Below are positions 1 to 9,499 of a stretch of 64,000 nucleotides of DNA, one piece after another. The notes beneath the pieces were generated by a model. That model searched no databases. It was not told the DNA's origin and saw only the letters and a program-made list of their open reading frames with translations. The stretch lies in the NCBI GenBank assembly GCA_031414775.1, contig JANOQI010000036.1, positions 1 to 64,000 on the forward strand, given 5' to 3'. Each line of letters starts with the position of its first letter. Position 1 is the stretch's first letter. Source of the DNA: Synechococcales cyanobacterium VAR_4_metabat_354 (GTDB lineage: Bacteria > Cyanobacteriota > Cyanobacteriia > Cyanobacteriales > Chamaesiphonaceae). A program made the translations under genes and the position numbers.

Positions 1-134
1 CCGCTTTTGTAAGGAGGGTCTGTATAATATCGTTCATACGGCGATTCTTCTGGTACTTTGTTGATACTTGTACCTTACGCGATGAATCGCTTTTCGTCGA
101 TATTTGGTACTTTGTCGTTGTAAATCTGTCTGGA

Positions 135-221
135 CTATTGACTAATAGAACACCAGTTACCTTTCCCGCAAATAGGGCAGGGATTTTCCTTACTGACGGG
201 TATCCATTCGCGCTTAGCCAT
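135..221 (-). pseudogene. Truncated zinc-finger N-terminus of a mobile-element primase-like protein (28 aa then TAG)
   Basis: Manual translation MAKREWIPVSKENPCPICGKGNWCSISQ*; CPICGK..WC motif; GGAGG upstream. Confidence 0.5.
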
Positions 222-564
222 GGGCGACCCTCCCGAAAGCGATATGCTTGTCAGTGGTAGGAATACTGTCTTTCTTCATGGTTTTGTCTTTGTTGTGATT
301 GAACAATGCCGGATTAGTAAGGCTGAAGCCAGCCAAGTTGGAGTGTTGGTAGTAAAGCTTTCCGGCTAAACTCCACACCAAAACCCCTAGCCGCTTTCCT
401 TAGCAGCTAGGGGTTTCTCTTTAAGGTGGCGGCGCTACCAATGACAAGCAAGCCGTATAAACAGCAGGTAGAACGCCTGAATTAATCTCAGAGAGTAGAA
501 TCAGCATAGGATTAGGACATGTTATTTGTTTTGCCATCCCCAGAAGACTGGAGAGGGCTTTTTT

Positions 565-840
565 TTATGCACATTTGGAGCTGGGTAGACTGATGAGAAA
601 ATTCTCTATCGCTTTTTGGTGAACTGGAGAGTCCGGACCATTCACGAGCCAGTCAATCACCAGCGGGACGTTCCATAAAATGCTGGGTGATCCTGGGACT
701 CTCACCCAGTAAATCCGCTCCGTCAGAATGCCATCTTGTCTTAGCTGCCTCAACTTGTCGAAGCTTAATCCAGTAGCAGCCGTGGTATCCCTCAAAGGGG
801 AAAACGTCCTGGGCCAAGGTTTTTGTTTGGCGGGTGCCAT
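565..840 (-). CDS. Excisionase-like / HTH DNA-binding protein (~91 aa)
   Basis: AGGAG before ATG at 840 (MAPAKQKP...); short basic HTH-like protein downstream of the integrase. Confidence 0.6.
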   Translation of the reverse strand: MAPAKQKPWPRTFSPLRDTTAATGLSFDKLRQLRQDGILTERIYWVRVPGSPSILWNVPLVIDWLVNGPDSPVHQKAIENFLISLPSSKCA

Positions 841-973
841 AGTTTCTCCTGTAGGTATTAGTTTGGTTGGAAAGGGTGGGTTCAAGGGGGTGAGGATACG
901 ATATCTGATGTCAAAATTAAAATCCAGGCAAATTTGTTGATCTTTCATTTATCACCTCAGGTTGAACCTTTCT

Positions 974-1035
974 TCAGCAATCCTTTACGGAGTGAGTGTT
1001 GAACTCAGCAATCCTTTACGGAGTGAGTGTTGAAC
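974..1035. repeat. Perfect 31-bp tandem duplication
   Basis: TCAGCAATCCTTTACGGAGTGAGTGTTGAAC at 974-1004 and 1005-1035. Confidence 0.95.
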
Positions 1036-1986
1036 ATTGAAAAAAGCTTCCATGCACTCCTTGTATGTTCCAGAAACATCCGAACCAATCTGCCTATCAC
1101 GAAGTGCAAACCAGAAAATCACATCCTTTCTGAGGTTGTTGATCTCATCATTGAAATCAAATCCACGTTTATTTTGCGTTAGAGCTTCTGGATTCTCGAC
1201 GGACTCCATAAGCTCTTTCAATATGTTGGATCGAGTGCGGCTTTTTCTTTTCTGGACTTGCTTTTTTAACTCCACCCGCTCAAGAAAATCAAGTATGTGG
1301 GCATTCACAAACATTGATGTAAAAAGAGAGTTGTGATCAGCGAATAGTGAACTCATCCCAAGCTTTGTTTTAAGATCTAAAAGCTCAGTAGTTGCTGTTT
1401 TGCAAAGTTTATACTGACAAGCAAAAAAGTTGATTTTATTGCAAAAAGAATCTCTCTGAATGAAGCCGTATTTTCGACTGAAGCCATTATTTTGACCTCT
1501 TGAAACTTTGATACTTGCTCCAAATTCTTCAAAAACCCGATCTAAATCTCCTCCAAAAAGGTTATGGGCGTAAAAGGCACTGACATACATTCTCTCCAAA
1601 AGTAAGGCTTCAGCCCATTCTGATTCTAGATATACGATCCATTTCAAAGTTTTTGGATAGGATTCGATGATAAAGCTTAGATCTGATTTTTCAAATGGAG
1701 AATAGGTGAAAAAATTTTTGTCGAAAATTTCTTGATGATAGGGATATTCTTGTGAAATCATTTTAATTCTGTATCCAGTACTATTTACATGGCCTTTCGT
1801 AACTCGTGCATGTTTATTGATGACAACTAGACGCATTAGATTCTTACAGTCTTGAGCCTTTACATTTATTTTCTGTCCTCGTTTGTATTTTTGTTGTACC
1901 ATTCGAGACTGGATTTCATTTGTTTCATCTTTAAAGTTTTCGATAAACCAATTAATATCACTTTCATTCCACTGAAAATTAGCCAT
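985..1986 (-). CDS. Hypothetical AT-rich cargo protein (333 aa)
   Basis: Long ORF starting 2 bp after the integrase stop; no recognisable motif. Confidence 0.75.
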   Translation of the reverse strand: MANFQWNESDINWFIENFKDETNEIQSRMVQQKYKRGQKINVKAQDCKNLMRLVVINKHARVTKGHVNSTGYRIKMISQEYPYHQEIFDKNFFTYSPFEKSDLSFIIESYPKTLKWIVYLESEWAEALLLERMYVSAFYAHNLFGGDLDRVFEEFGASIKVSRGQNNGFSRKYGFIQRDSFCNKINFFACQYKLCKTATTELLDLKTKLGMSSLFADHNSLFTSMFVNAHILDFLERVELKKQVQKRKSRTRSNILKELMESVENPEALTQNKRGFDFNDEINNLRKDVIFWFALRDRQIGSDVSGTYKECMEAFFNVQHSLRKGLLSSTLTP

Positions 1987-1988
1987 CT

Positions 1989-3092
1989 TTAAACCTCTAC
2001 AAATAGATATTTTCGGTCAATTACATGAGCATAGGTTTCGAGCAAAACCCGCTTGTCATGTCCAGTTTGTTCAGCCAAAGCGATCGGATTTGCCCCAGCA
2101 GCCAAAGCATGGCTAATAGCTGAATGTCTAATTGCGTAGGGCTTGCGATACTCGATCGAACACCCCACCAGAATGCTTTTCCACACCCGCGATCGAAAAT
2201 TTTGATCATCGATCGCTATCCCCTTGGGACTGGGAAACACCAAATCATCGGGCTGTGGCTGCATCCGCTCAAATCGAGCCATTAACATAGCTTGGGTGGT
2301 GGGCGATAACAGAACTGTTCGAGCCTTACCCGTCTTGGTACTGCGCCGCGTTCCTCGGCTCACACTCTCCCCAATCCAAGCGGTTGTATACTCCGCCCCA
2401 AGATGCTTCCATTTCAACCCAGCAGCCTCACCAAATCGGCAAGCCGTGTTCATCAGAAAGGAAACGAACCCAGCGTAATGACAGTAATAAAGATGATGAT
2501 TAAAAGCCCTCAAAATCGCCTGTAACTCTTTAGTAGTGAAAGGCTTAACCCGCTGCGTTGGAAATGCTTTAAACCTTTGAGAAATAGTCTGCCAAGAATT
2601 ATCAGTAGTCAACTGATACTTATCCTGCCCCCAGTCCCAACAGTTTTTTAGTAATCTGATTCTTTCCTTAGAAGTCAGTCCCGTCAAGGTTTCCGCACAG
2701 ATGGCAGCGAAGTTCTCGACCTGGTGCTTCCCGATAGTGTGAGCTGGTTTGTTCAGATACTTTTTCAGCATCACCGAAATCGGCTGATACCTCGACTTGA
2801 TAGAAGACTTGGCTAGACCCCTACTCTTGAGTTCATAGGCAGTGAAACGATTGAACAGCTCGAAAGTTGATATTTCAGTGGGATTCTTGCCCAGAATGCG
2901 TGATCGATATTTCAGCAGCGTTCCATCGTAGTGACCCGTCTGAAAATCTAGCTCGATCTCACTTTTCTTCTTTAGGGCTAGCGATCGACAAGGTGACGTA
3001 TCAGGTAAACCCAGTGCTAAGGTCTGGCGTTTGATGCCGTCGTGCCATCGCAGGCGCAGGCGACCATTATGACTCTCAATTGTTACTTTCAT
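1989..3092 (-). CDS. Tyrosine recombinase/integrase with N-terminal Arm DNA-binding domain
   Basis: N-term GRLRLRW; catalytic-type motifs TACRFGE, TKT, YAIRHS, TGH, ETYAH. Confidence 0.92.
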   Translation of the reverse strand: MKVTIESHNGRLRLRWHDGIKRQTLALGLPDTSPCRSLALKKKSEIELDFQTGHYDGTLLKYRSRILGKNPTEISTFELFNRFTAYELKSRGLAKSSIKSRYQPISVMLKKYLNKPAHTIGKHQVENFAAICAETLTGLTSKERIRLLKNCWDWGQDKYQLTTDNSWQTISQRFKAFPTQRVKPFTTKELQAILRAFNHHLYYCHYAGFVSFLMNTACRFGEAAGLKWKHLGAEYTTAWIGESVSRGTRRSTKTGKARTVLLSPTTQAMLMARFERMQPQPDDLVFPSPKGIAIDDQNFRSRVWKSILVGCSIEYRKPYAIRHSAISHALAAGANPIALAEQTGHDKRVLLETYAHVIDRKYLFVEV

Positions 3093-3237
3093 TTTTGGCG
3101 GGGTAATGAGCGGGGTATTTTTTCAACCCGTTAGCCCCCCTTAACCCACTTGTCAAAAAGCTTATTGACAAAACAAAGGTCTCTAGAAAGTAGTATTACT
3201 TCCCGGAAACCCTTATTGTGGAACCCCTTCCAACCAA

Positions 3238-3311
3238 TGGACACAACAGAACTCGAATCTGTGACCTCTACAATGTCAATGTAGCGCTCTAACCAACTGA
3301 GCTATGCGTCC
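3238..3311 (-). tRNA. trnV: tRNA-Val(GAC)
   Basis: Cloverleaf GGACGCA..TGTGTCC A; D arm GCTC/GAGC; anticodon stem CTACA/TGTAG with GAC; T loop TTCGAGT. Confidence 0.95.
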
Positions 3312-3497
3312 TCACGGCTATCCACTAGCCAGCACTACCATTGTACAAAAAGTTGTCCTTACTGTAAACAAACTAGATCGAACGATACAATGTCCTGGGG
3401 TATCGATCGACTGATAGCGAAAGGTCAGCAATAGGTTAAAATGCCCGTACCCAATTCCTGGGAATTTTGCTCACCGAGCAGTCCCTAGCTTACCAGC

Positions 3498-4577
3498 ATG
3501 AACAATTACATCGTTTCTCTCACTCTGTTCGCGGCCACCTATGCTATTTTCAGCCTGGGCTTGAACCTGCAATGGGGTTACACCGGACTAATTAACTTTG
3601 GTCATGTCGCATTTTTAACGATCGGAGCCTACACCACCGTATTACTGAGCACCAATGGCGTACCGCTATTACTAGCAGTATTAGCAGGCGGGGGATTAGC
3701 GGCTTTATTGGGACTATTGGTGGGAATTTCCACGCTGCGGTTGCGGGAAGATTATTTAGGGATTGTGACGATCGGCATTTCCGAGCTAATTAGATTGATT
3801 GCCCAAAATGAAAGCTGGCTGACAAAAGGATCTTTTGGCATTCAGGGCTACCCACTGCCTCTAGATTTTACGCCCACCTATCCAACTAAAATTGCCTACA
3901 TTGCTTTATTGACGATTATTTTTGGTGGTACTAGCTGGAGCTTGTGGAAATGGTCGCGGCGGGCACCGCAACGCTGGTGGCAAGCGTTACTGGCGATCGG
4001 TAGCGCATTGGTAGTCTATATTGCTGGTGCTATGTCTCTCTACGAATACACCAGTGGGGCAGGGTTAATGCTGTTAGCGATTGTCACCCTGGCAGTAATA
4101 TTTGTCGGCTTAGAAAAGTTAGTGGTTTCACCCTGGGGAAGAGTACTTAAAGCTATTCGAGAAGATGAAGAAGTACCTAAAGCATTGGGTAAAAATGTCT
4201 TCTGGTATAAGTTGCAAGCACTAATGCTGGGGGGAGGCATTGCCGGTATTGCGGGGGCTTTTTATGCTTGGCAGATTACCAGTGTCTACCCCACTAACTT
4301 CGAGCCAATGATGACTTTTAACGCCTGGACAATTGTGATGTTAGGCGGTGCTGGTAATAATGTGGGCGTAATTTTAGGGGCGGTAATTTTTTGGACTTAC
4401 GATACGATTACCCGTAATGATGCTGTCATCAACTGGCTGGGTGGGAGCTTACATTTAACCAGTGACAAAATTGGTGCGTTGCGTGTAATGATTATCGGTT
4501 TAATTTTGATGATTATTATGATGTGGCGACCTCAGGGCTTGCTGGGCAACCGGAACGAATTAACTCTCGGGAAGTAA
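3498..4577 (+). CDS. natC: Branched-chain/neutral amino acid ABC permease (LivM/NatC type)
   Basis: LGLNLQWGYTGLINFGH, LRLREDYL, RVLKAIREDE motifs. Confidence 0.88.
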   Translation: MNNYIVSLTLFAATYAIFSLGLNLQWGYTGLINFGHVAFLTIGAYTTVLLSTNGVPLLLAVLAGGGLAALLGLLVGISTLRLREDYLGIVTIGISELIRLIAQNESWLTKGSFGIQGYPLPLDFTPTYPTKIAYIALLTIIFGGTSWSLWKWSRRAPQRWWQALLAIGSALVVYIAGAMSLYEYTSGAGLMLLAIVTLAVIFVGLEKLVVSPWGRVLKAIREDEEVPKALGKNVFWYKLQALMLGGGIAGIAGAFYAWQITSVYPTNFEPMMTFNAWTIVMLGGAGNNVGVILGAVIFWTYDTITRNDAVINWLGGSLHLTSDKIGALRVMIIGLILMIIMMWRPQGLLGNRNELTLGK

Positions 4578-4592
4578 TCAGGAACAACAGTT

Positions 4593-5351
4593 ATGACAGA
4601 TTTATTACAAGCTCGGGGTCTGTGTAAAAGTTTTGGGGGGATTAAAGCCGTCACCAAAGCTAATATCACAGTGCAAACAGGAAGCATTACTGGCTTGATT
4701 GGCCCGAATGGCGCGGGCAAAACTACTTTTTTTAATCTGCTGTCTAACTTTATTACTCCTGACCAAGGCCAGGTAGTTTTCAATGGTAAGTCGGTGCAAA
4801 ATTTGCCTTCTTATCGGATTACGCAGTTGGGGATGGTGAGAACTTTTCAGGTGGCGAAGGCGCTGTCGCGGTTATCGGTATTAGAGAATGTGATGTTGGG
4901 TGCTCAAAAGCAGACTGGGGAACAGTTTTGGCAGGTATGGTTGCAGTCTCAATCGGTTACCAAGGAGCAGCGGCAGTTGACTGATAAGGCGCTGGCGATT
5001 CTGAATGATATTGGGTTGGGGGCGAAGGTGCATGATTATGCAGGAGGCTTGTCGGGGGGTCAACGGAAGCTATTGGAAATGGGACGGGCGTTGATGAGTG
5101 ATCCGAAACTGATTTTGTTGGATGAACCGGCAGCGGGGGTTAATCCGAGGTTAATTGATGATATTTGTGGTCATATTCAAAATTGGCGGCAGCAGGGGTT
5201 GTCGTTTTTGATTATTGAGCACAATATGGATGTGATTATGAGTTTGTGCGATCGGGTGTGGGTGTTGGCGGAGGGGCAGAATTTGGTAGATGGGTTGCCG
5301 AAGGAGGTGCAGGGGAATCCGCAAGTGTTGGAGGCTTATTTGGGGAATTAA
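4593..5351 (+). CDS. natA: Branched-chain amino acid ABC ATPase (LivG/NatA type)
   Basis: GPNGAGKTT, LSGGQRK, LLDEPAAG, IEHNMD. Confidence 0.88.
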   Translation: MTDLLQARGLCKSFGGIKAVTKANITVQTGSITGLIGPNGAGKTTFFNLLSNFITPDQGQVVFNGKSVQNLPSYRITQLGMVRTFQVAKALSRLSVLENVMLGAQKQTGEQFWQVWLQSQSVTKEQRQLTDKALAILNDIGLGAKVHDYAGGLSGGQRKLLEMGRALMSDPKLILLDEPAAGVNPRLIDDICGHIQNWRQQGLSFLIIEHNMDVIMSLCDRVWVLAEGQNLVDGLPKEVQGNPQVLEAYLGN

Positions 5352-5355
5352 TTGT

Positions 5356-5376
5356 TTTTCGCTTGCTTGAACTAGC
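5356..5376. repeat. 21-bp direct repeat, left copy
   Basis: TTTTCGCTTGCTTGAACTAGC, identical to 8420-8440. Confidence 0.92.
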
Positions 5377-5424
5377 GAAACGTAGATTATATTATCTAGA
5401 TTAGTATCGAAATTTCTAAATAAA

Positions 5425-5463
5425 ATTTACCAATGTGGTAAATTGTTTACCGAAATGGTAAAC
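5425..5463. promoter_or_regulatory. Two tandem palindromic operators TTTACC-N5-GGTAAA upstream of higBA
   Basis: ATTTACCAATGTGGTAAAT (5425-5443) and GTTTACCGAAATGGTAAAC (5445-5463). Confidence 0.75.
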
Positions 5464-5474
5464 TGTGATTATCA

Positions 5475-5804
5475 GTGGAAATTAATTTTAAAACCGAAAC
5501 TTGTAAAGACCTGTGCGAACAGGAAAAGTTAGCTCAACGCAAGTTGGGACCAAAAATGGCTAAAAAGTTACGGAGCCGATTAGCTGACTTGATGGCAGCT
5601 TCATCAGTCACTGAGCTTTGTGCAGGCCGTCCTCACCCTCTTACGGGAGACCGAGCAGGGCAATTTGCCCTGGATTTGGTGCATCCAAATCGATTGGTAT
5701 TTGAACCAGACCACGACCCAGTGCCATGCACAAAGGATGGTGGCATCGATTGGAGTCAAGTAACACAAGTTTGTATTATTTGGATAGGGGATTATCATGA
5801 CTGA
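5475..5804 (+). CDS. higB: HigB-like (RelE superfamily) toxin
   Basis: MEINF...HPLTGDRAGQFALDL..NRLVF...IGDYH pattern; overlaps downstream HTH gene. Confidence 0.8.
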   Translation: MEINFKTETCKDLCEQEKLAQRKLGPKMAKKLRSRLADLMAASSVTELCAGRPHPLTGDRAGQFALDLVHPNRLVFEPDHDPVPCTKDGGIDWSQVTQVCIIWIGDYHD

Positions 5805-6939
5805 CCTTTTACAAACATTTACCCCAGACTGGATCTCACCTCCTGGTGAAACGATCGCCGATTTAATAGAAGAACGTGAGTGGAGCCAAGCGGAATTAGC
5901 GAAACGATTGGGCTATACCACCAAACACATAAGCCAATTGATCAACGGAAAGGCATCCATTACAGAAGAAACGGCACTTAGGTTAGAAAACGTACTGGGT
6001 AGCAGTACGAGCTTTTGGCTAAGTAGGGAGGCACAGTATCGCGCCAAACTTGCTCAACAAGAATCTGAGGCTGATTTTCAGCAATGGGTGCCTTGGTTAG
6101 AAGAGCTACCTGTTAAAGAGCTAATGAATCAAGGCGCAATCCCCAAGCGCCGCAAAGATGCCAAAAACAAACCAAGCATTGTTAGAGACTTACTTCGTTT
6201 TTTTGGGGTAGCCTCTCCAGATGATTGGAGAAATTGGTATGCCCAAAAAGAGGTGGCTTTTCGTCGGACTCGAGCAGAACAAAACAATGTCGGAGCGATA
6301 TCAGCGTGGTTACGCCAAGGAGAAATTGAAACCGAAAAACTGAGCTGTCCAAAATACAACAGAATCAAATTTGAAAGTGCAGTTCAAGAAATCAGGAAGC
6401 TCACAATACTGTCTCCAGAAGAATTCTTACCCCAAATGAAGAAATTATGTAAGGAGGCAGGAGTCGTATTTTTATTAGTTCCATCAATTCCAAGGGCACA
6501 TACTAGCGGAGTAGCAAGATGGCTAAATCCTAACAAAGCGCTGATTCAACTTTCGCTGTACGGCAAAACTAATGATCGATTCTGGTTCACGTTCTTCCAT
6601 GAAGCGGCACATATCTTATTGCATGATAAAAAAAATATATTTCTAGATGAGTGGGACGGAGGACAACTAATAGAATCTTTTCAAGAAAAGGAAGCCAATA
6701 TCTGGGCAAATGAATTTTTAGTTCCGCTAAAATACAAAGCTGAATTGTCTGAACTAGGGTCAAAGGAGTGTGTCCAAACTTTTGCCCACCGAATCGGCAT
6801 CCACCCTGGAATCATCGTTGGACGACTACAACATGAGAAGATAATTCAAATGAGTTGGATGAATGATCTAAAAGATCGTTTTAATTCTAAGTTTCTGTTT
6901 CCCCATTCAGAACAGCCACCTGAAGATGATTTTGAGTAA
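5797..6939 (+). CDS. higA: HigA-type XRE HTH antitoxin fused to ImmA/IrrE metallopeptidase
   Basis: PPGETIADL..SQAELAKRLG HTH; FWFTFFHEAAH (HExxH) and EKEANIWA. Confidence 0.85.
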   Translation: MTDLLQTFTPDWISPPGETIADLIEEREWSQAELAKRLGYTTKHISQLINGKASITEETALRLENVLGSSTSFWLSREAQYRAKLAQQESEADFQQWVPWLEELPVKELMNQGAIPKRRKDAKNKPSIVRDLLRFFGVASPDDWRNWYAQKEVAFRRTRAEQNNVGAISAWLRQGEIETEKLSCPKYNRIKFESAVQEIRKLTILSPEEFLPQMKKLCKEAGVVFLLVPSIPRAHTSGVARWLNPNKALIQLSLYGKTNDRFWFTFFHEAAHILLHDKKNIFLDEWDGGQLIESFQEKEANIWANEFLVPLKYKAELSELGSKECVQTFAHRIGIHPGIIVGRLQHEKIIQMSWMNDLKDRFNSKFLFPHSEQPPEDDFE

Positions 6940-7046
6940 TCAGTAAACTAGAAGCTCAAAAGTATAACTATGGAAAAGCATATTTGCATCATCCCAGCAA
7001 ACACGGAGCAGATGGGATTCTCCCTAGTTCTATCAACACTTTCAAA

Positions 7047-8111
7047 ATGAATAGAAAACAACATTATGTCCCACAAAGCTTACTCAGAAAATTCTTGATC
7101 TCACCTCAAAAAGACCAATTGTATTGGTATAGGAAAGAAAAAACTATCCTCAGTTCAATTAAAGATGTTTTCTCGGAAAGAGATTATTATGGCGAAAAAG
7201 AATCTGAATATTTTGCCGACAACGTAATATCTGATAAAGAGGACAAAATTGTCAATAAATTACTTCCAAATCTTGTCATGATAGAAGGCTTGTTGAATAA
7301 ACAAGATAGCAAGCAAGCTTGCGATTTTATAGCTCACTTTGCATTGAGAAGATCCCTTAACAGAAATCTTTTTTTCACGATTGCAGAAGAATACTGCGTG
7401 GATGATGATAATCTATCCTTGGACACAATCTTGAATTCTTTTAAGCCTATATCTCTGAAGATGCCATCTCCAAGAATGCTTCAGCATAACTATTTTTTTC
7501 GTATTTATCTTACTTCATTCATAATAAATAGCTGTATAAATTTCCTCAGGGGGATCTTAGCAAACAATACTGGGAATAGTCATACTGATTTTAAATCTCA
7601 GTCTAGAGATATTCACAATAAAATAATTATTACTGAGAACAACTATCAACTAGTAGCCAAATATCTAAATGATTTTCAATGGATTGTACTTAAATCGCAA
7701 AATTGCCTAATACTAGGTGATACAATATGCTTTTTTGAAAATCAAGGCGGTGGATTTTCTCCTTTCGATGATAATTCAATCAAAAATATCTACATGCCAA
7801 TATCTTCTCATAAATTATTAGTTGGCTTCAAGGGAAACCTCTCTCCTACAATTAATTTCCTCGAAATTAATAGTCAAAATGCTCGTTGTTGTTATAATTC
7901 ATTTGTTTGCTCTCAGAAATCAGATGAAATTCAGAGCTTAGTAAACTTGATTGGAGAAAACTTTAAGCCTATACAAGAAAAGATTTTTAGGGCTAATAAT
8001 TTGTTAATAAATCGTTCTTTTTTCTCGCAATTTTCTGCATATTTTGTAGCAAATCCTTATGCCAAGCAAATGCTCGGTTATTTGCGTGTCAAGATGAATG
8101 TAGCAAAATGA
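7047..8111 (+). CDS. DUF4238-family protein
   Basis: ATG at 7047 gives MNRKQHYVPQSLLRKF; later LILGD and YMPISS motifs; AT-rich. Confidence 0.72.
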   Translation: MNRKQHYVPQSLLRKFLISPQKDQLYWYRKEKTILSSIKDVFSERDYYGEKESEYFADNVISDKEDKIVNKLLPNLVMIEGLLNKQDSKQACDFIAHFALRRSLNRNLFFTIAEEYCVDDDNLSLDTILNSFKPISLKMPSPRMLQHNYFFRIYLTSFIINSCINFLRGILANNTGNSHTDFKSQSRDIHNKIIITENNYQLVAKYLNDFQWIVLKSQNCLILGDTICFFENQGGGFSPFDDNSIKNIYMPISSHKLLVGFKGNLSPTINFLEINSQNARCCYNSFVCSQKSDEIQSLVNLIGENFKPIQEKIFRANNLLINRSFFSQFSAYFVANPYAKQMLGYLRVKMNVAK

Positions 8112-8419
8112 AATCGTTAGACTTCAAAAAGATTAATCTTGATACTCTTGTTGCCTTGCCAAGTGTATTGAGAGTCATTAAAGTATCACCAGGATTTAGC
8201 AGCCGATCAACTAGTCCTAGTCCTCATCTCCTTTGCTAAAACCTACATTCCGCTATTTTGATCGCCTAAAAAATAATTAAAACAAGAATTCTTGGCTAGT
8301 AGCACTTCTGTTTGATCGATTCGTTTTCAGCACCCGATCGCTTACTATCATCAACCTTGGCTTATTAAGAATTGATTAAGAAGAGGTTGCTAAAATACCT
8401 ATCTCCTCGTTTTAATTAC

Positions 8420-8440
8420 TTTTCGCTTGCTTGAACTAGC
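8420..8440. repeat. 21-bp direct repeat, right copy
   Basis: Identical to 5356-5376; similarity extends to about 40 bp with mismatches. Confidence 0.92.
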
Positions 8441-8506
8441 AGAATGTGGAGTTGACTTCCCTTAGTCTGGATAACACTAACAGCTCTAAATTAAACTACT
8501 GGCAAT

Positions 8507-9499
8507 CTAATTGACTTGGGCTAATAAGGCTTGGGTCTCGGCTTTAGGTAGTCGGGAACCTAGGACTGTTACTAATTTGGAGGAGGCCATTGAACCCAAT
8601 TTTCCGGCGGCGGCATGACTCATGTTATGGGTGAGGCCGTAGAGAACAGCACCAGCGTAGATATCCCCAGCTCCGACGGTATCGATCGCCTTCACCGGAT
8701 AGGGAGCAATTTCGATCAAGTTTTCGCCGTCAAAAATCAGTGAACCGGCGGAGCCACGGGTAATGGCAAAGCCTTTCGCTAGAGTTTTGAAGTGTTCGAT
8801 CGCTACTTTTAGATCAGTAGTTTCGGCCATTTGGAAGGCTTCACTTTCGTTGGCAAACAAGAAGTCTACGCCTGAGCCAATAATTTCTAGCAAACTAGAT
8901 TTGAAGAATTTGACCATGTTGGGGTCAGCGAGGGTGAATGCTACTTTTTTGCCGGCTGCTTGGGCGATTTCTCTGGCTCTGATGGCGGCTTTTTTACTAT
9001 TTTCACCGGTTACTAAATAGCCTTCGATGTAGGTATAGGCCGAATTCTCGATCGCTTCTGGGACTAGTTCTACATCTGATAAATTGGCCGAAATCCCTAA
9101 AAAGGTGTTCATGGTGCGATCAGCATCGGGGGTCACAAAGACCAGACACTTACCGGTAATTCCTGACTCTGGCTGGTGTTGTTCTAGATTGGTTGCTACG
9201 CCACATTCGCGTAAATCGGCGAAATAGAACTGGCCTGGTTCATCGTTGGCAACTTTGCAGGAGTAAAAGGATCTGCCGCCAAATTGACTAATTGAGATTA
9301 AGGTATTAGCTGCGGAACCACCGCAGGCGCGTTTGGTGGGCGGGACGGCTAAATTACTCAAGATCTTGTTTTGAGCTGCTTCATCGAGCAGGGTCATCAC
9401 TCCTTTCTCAATGCCTAAGTCCTGAAGGATTTGGGGCGATACCTCGCATTCAATATCTAAGAGGGCGTTGCCGAGACCGTAGACATCGTATTGGGTCAT
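8507..9499 (-). CDS. PfkB-family sugar/adenosine kinase
   Basis: GGSAANT, DTVGAGD. Confidence 0.88.
   Translation of the reverse strand: MTQYDVYGLGNALLDIECEVSPQILQDLGIEKGVMTLLDEAAQNKILSNLAVPPTKRACGGSAANTLISISQFGGRSFYSCKVANDEPGQFYFADLRECGVATNLEQHQPESGITGKCLVFVTPDADRTMNTFLGISANLSDVELVPEAIENSAYTYIEGYLVTGENSKKAAIRAREIAQAAGKKVAFTLADPNMVKFFKSSLLEIIGSGVDFLFANESEAFQMAETTDLKVAIEHFKTLAKGFAITRGSAGSLIFDGENLIEIAPYPVKAIDTVGAGDIYAGAVLYGLTHNMSHAAAGKLGSMASSKLVTVLGSRLPKAETQALLAQVN

Larger units (their letters stand above)
1..3237. mobile_element. Integrative element (satellite/genomic island) at tRNA-Val 3' end; continues off the left edge
   Basis: Integrase next to tRNA 3' end, xis-like gene, primase remnant; other att end not in window. 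Confidence 0.75.

Noticed and set aside
974..1035. att site of the integrative element
   Set aside because: Tandem, inside a gene, and unrelated to the tRNA 3' end
8108..8239. 43-codon ORF overlapping the DUF4238 stop (ATGA)
   Set aside because: No motif or RBS support; may be chance or a remnant
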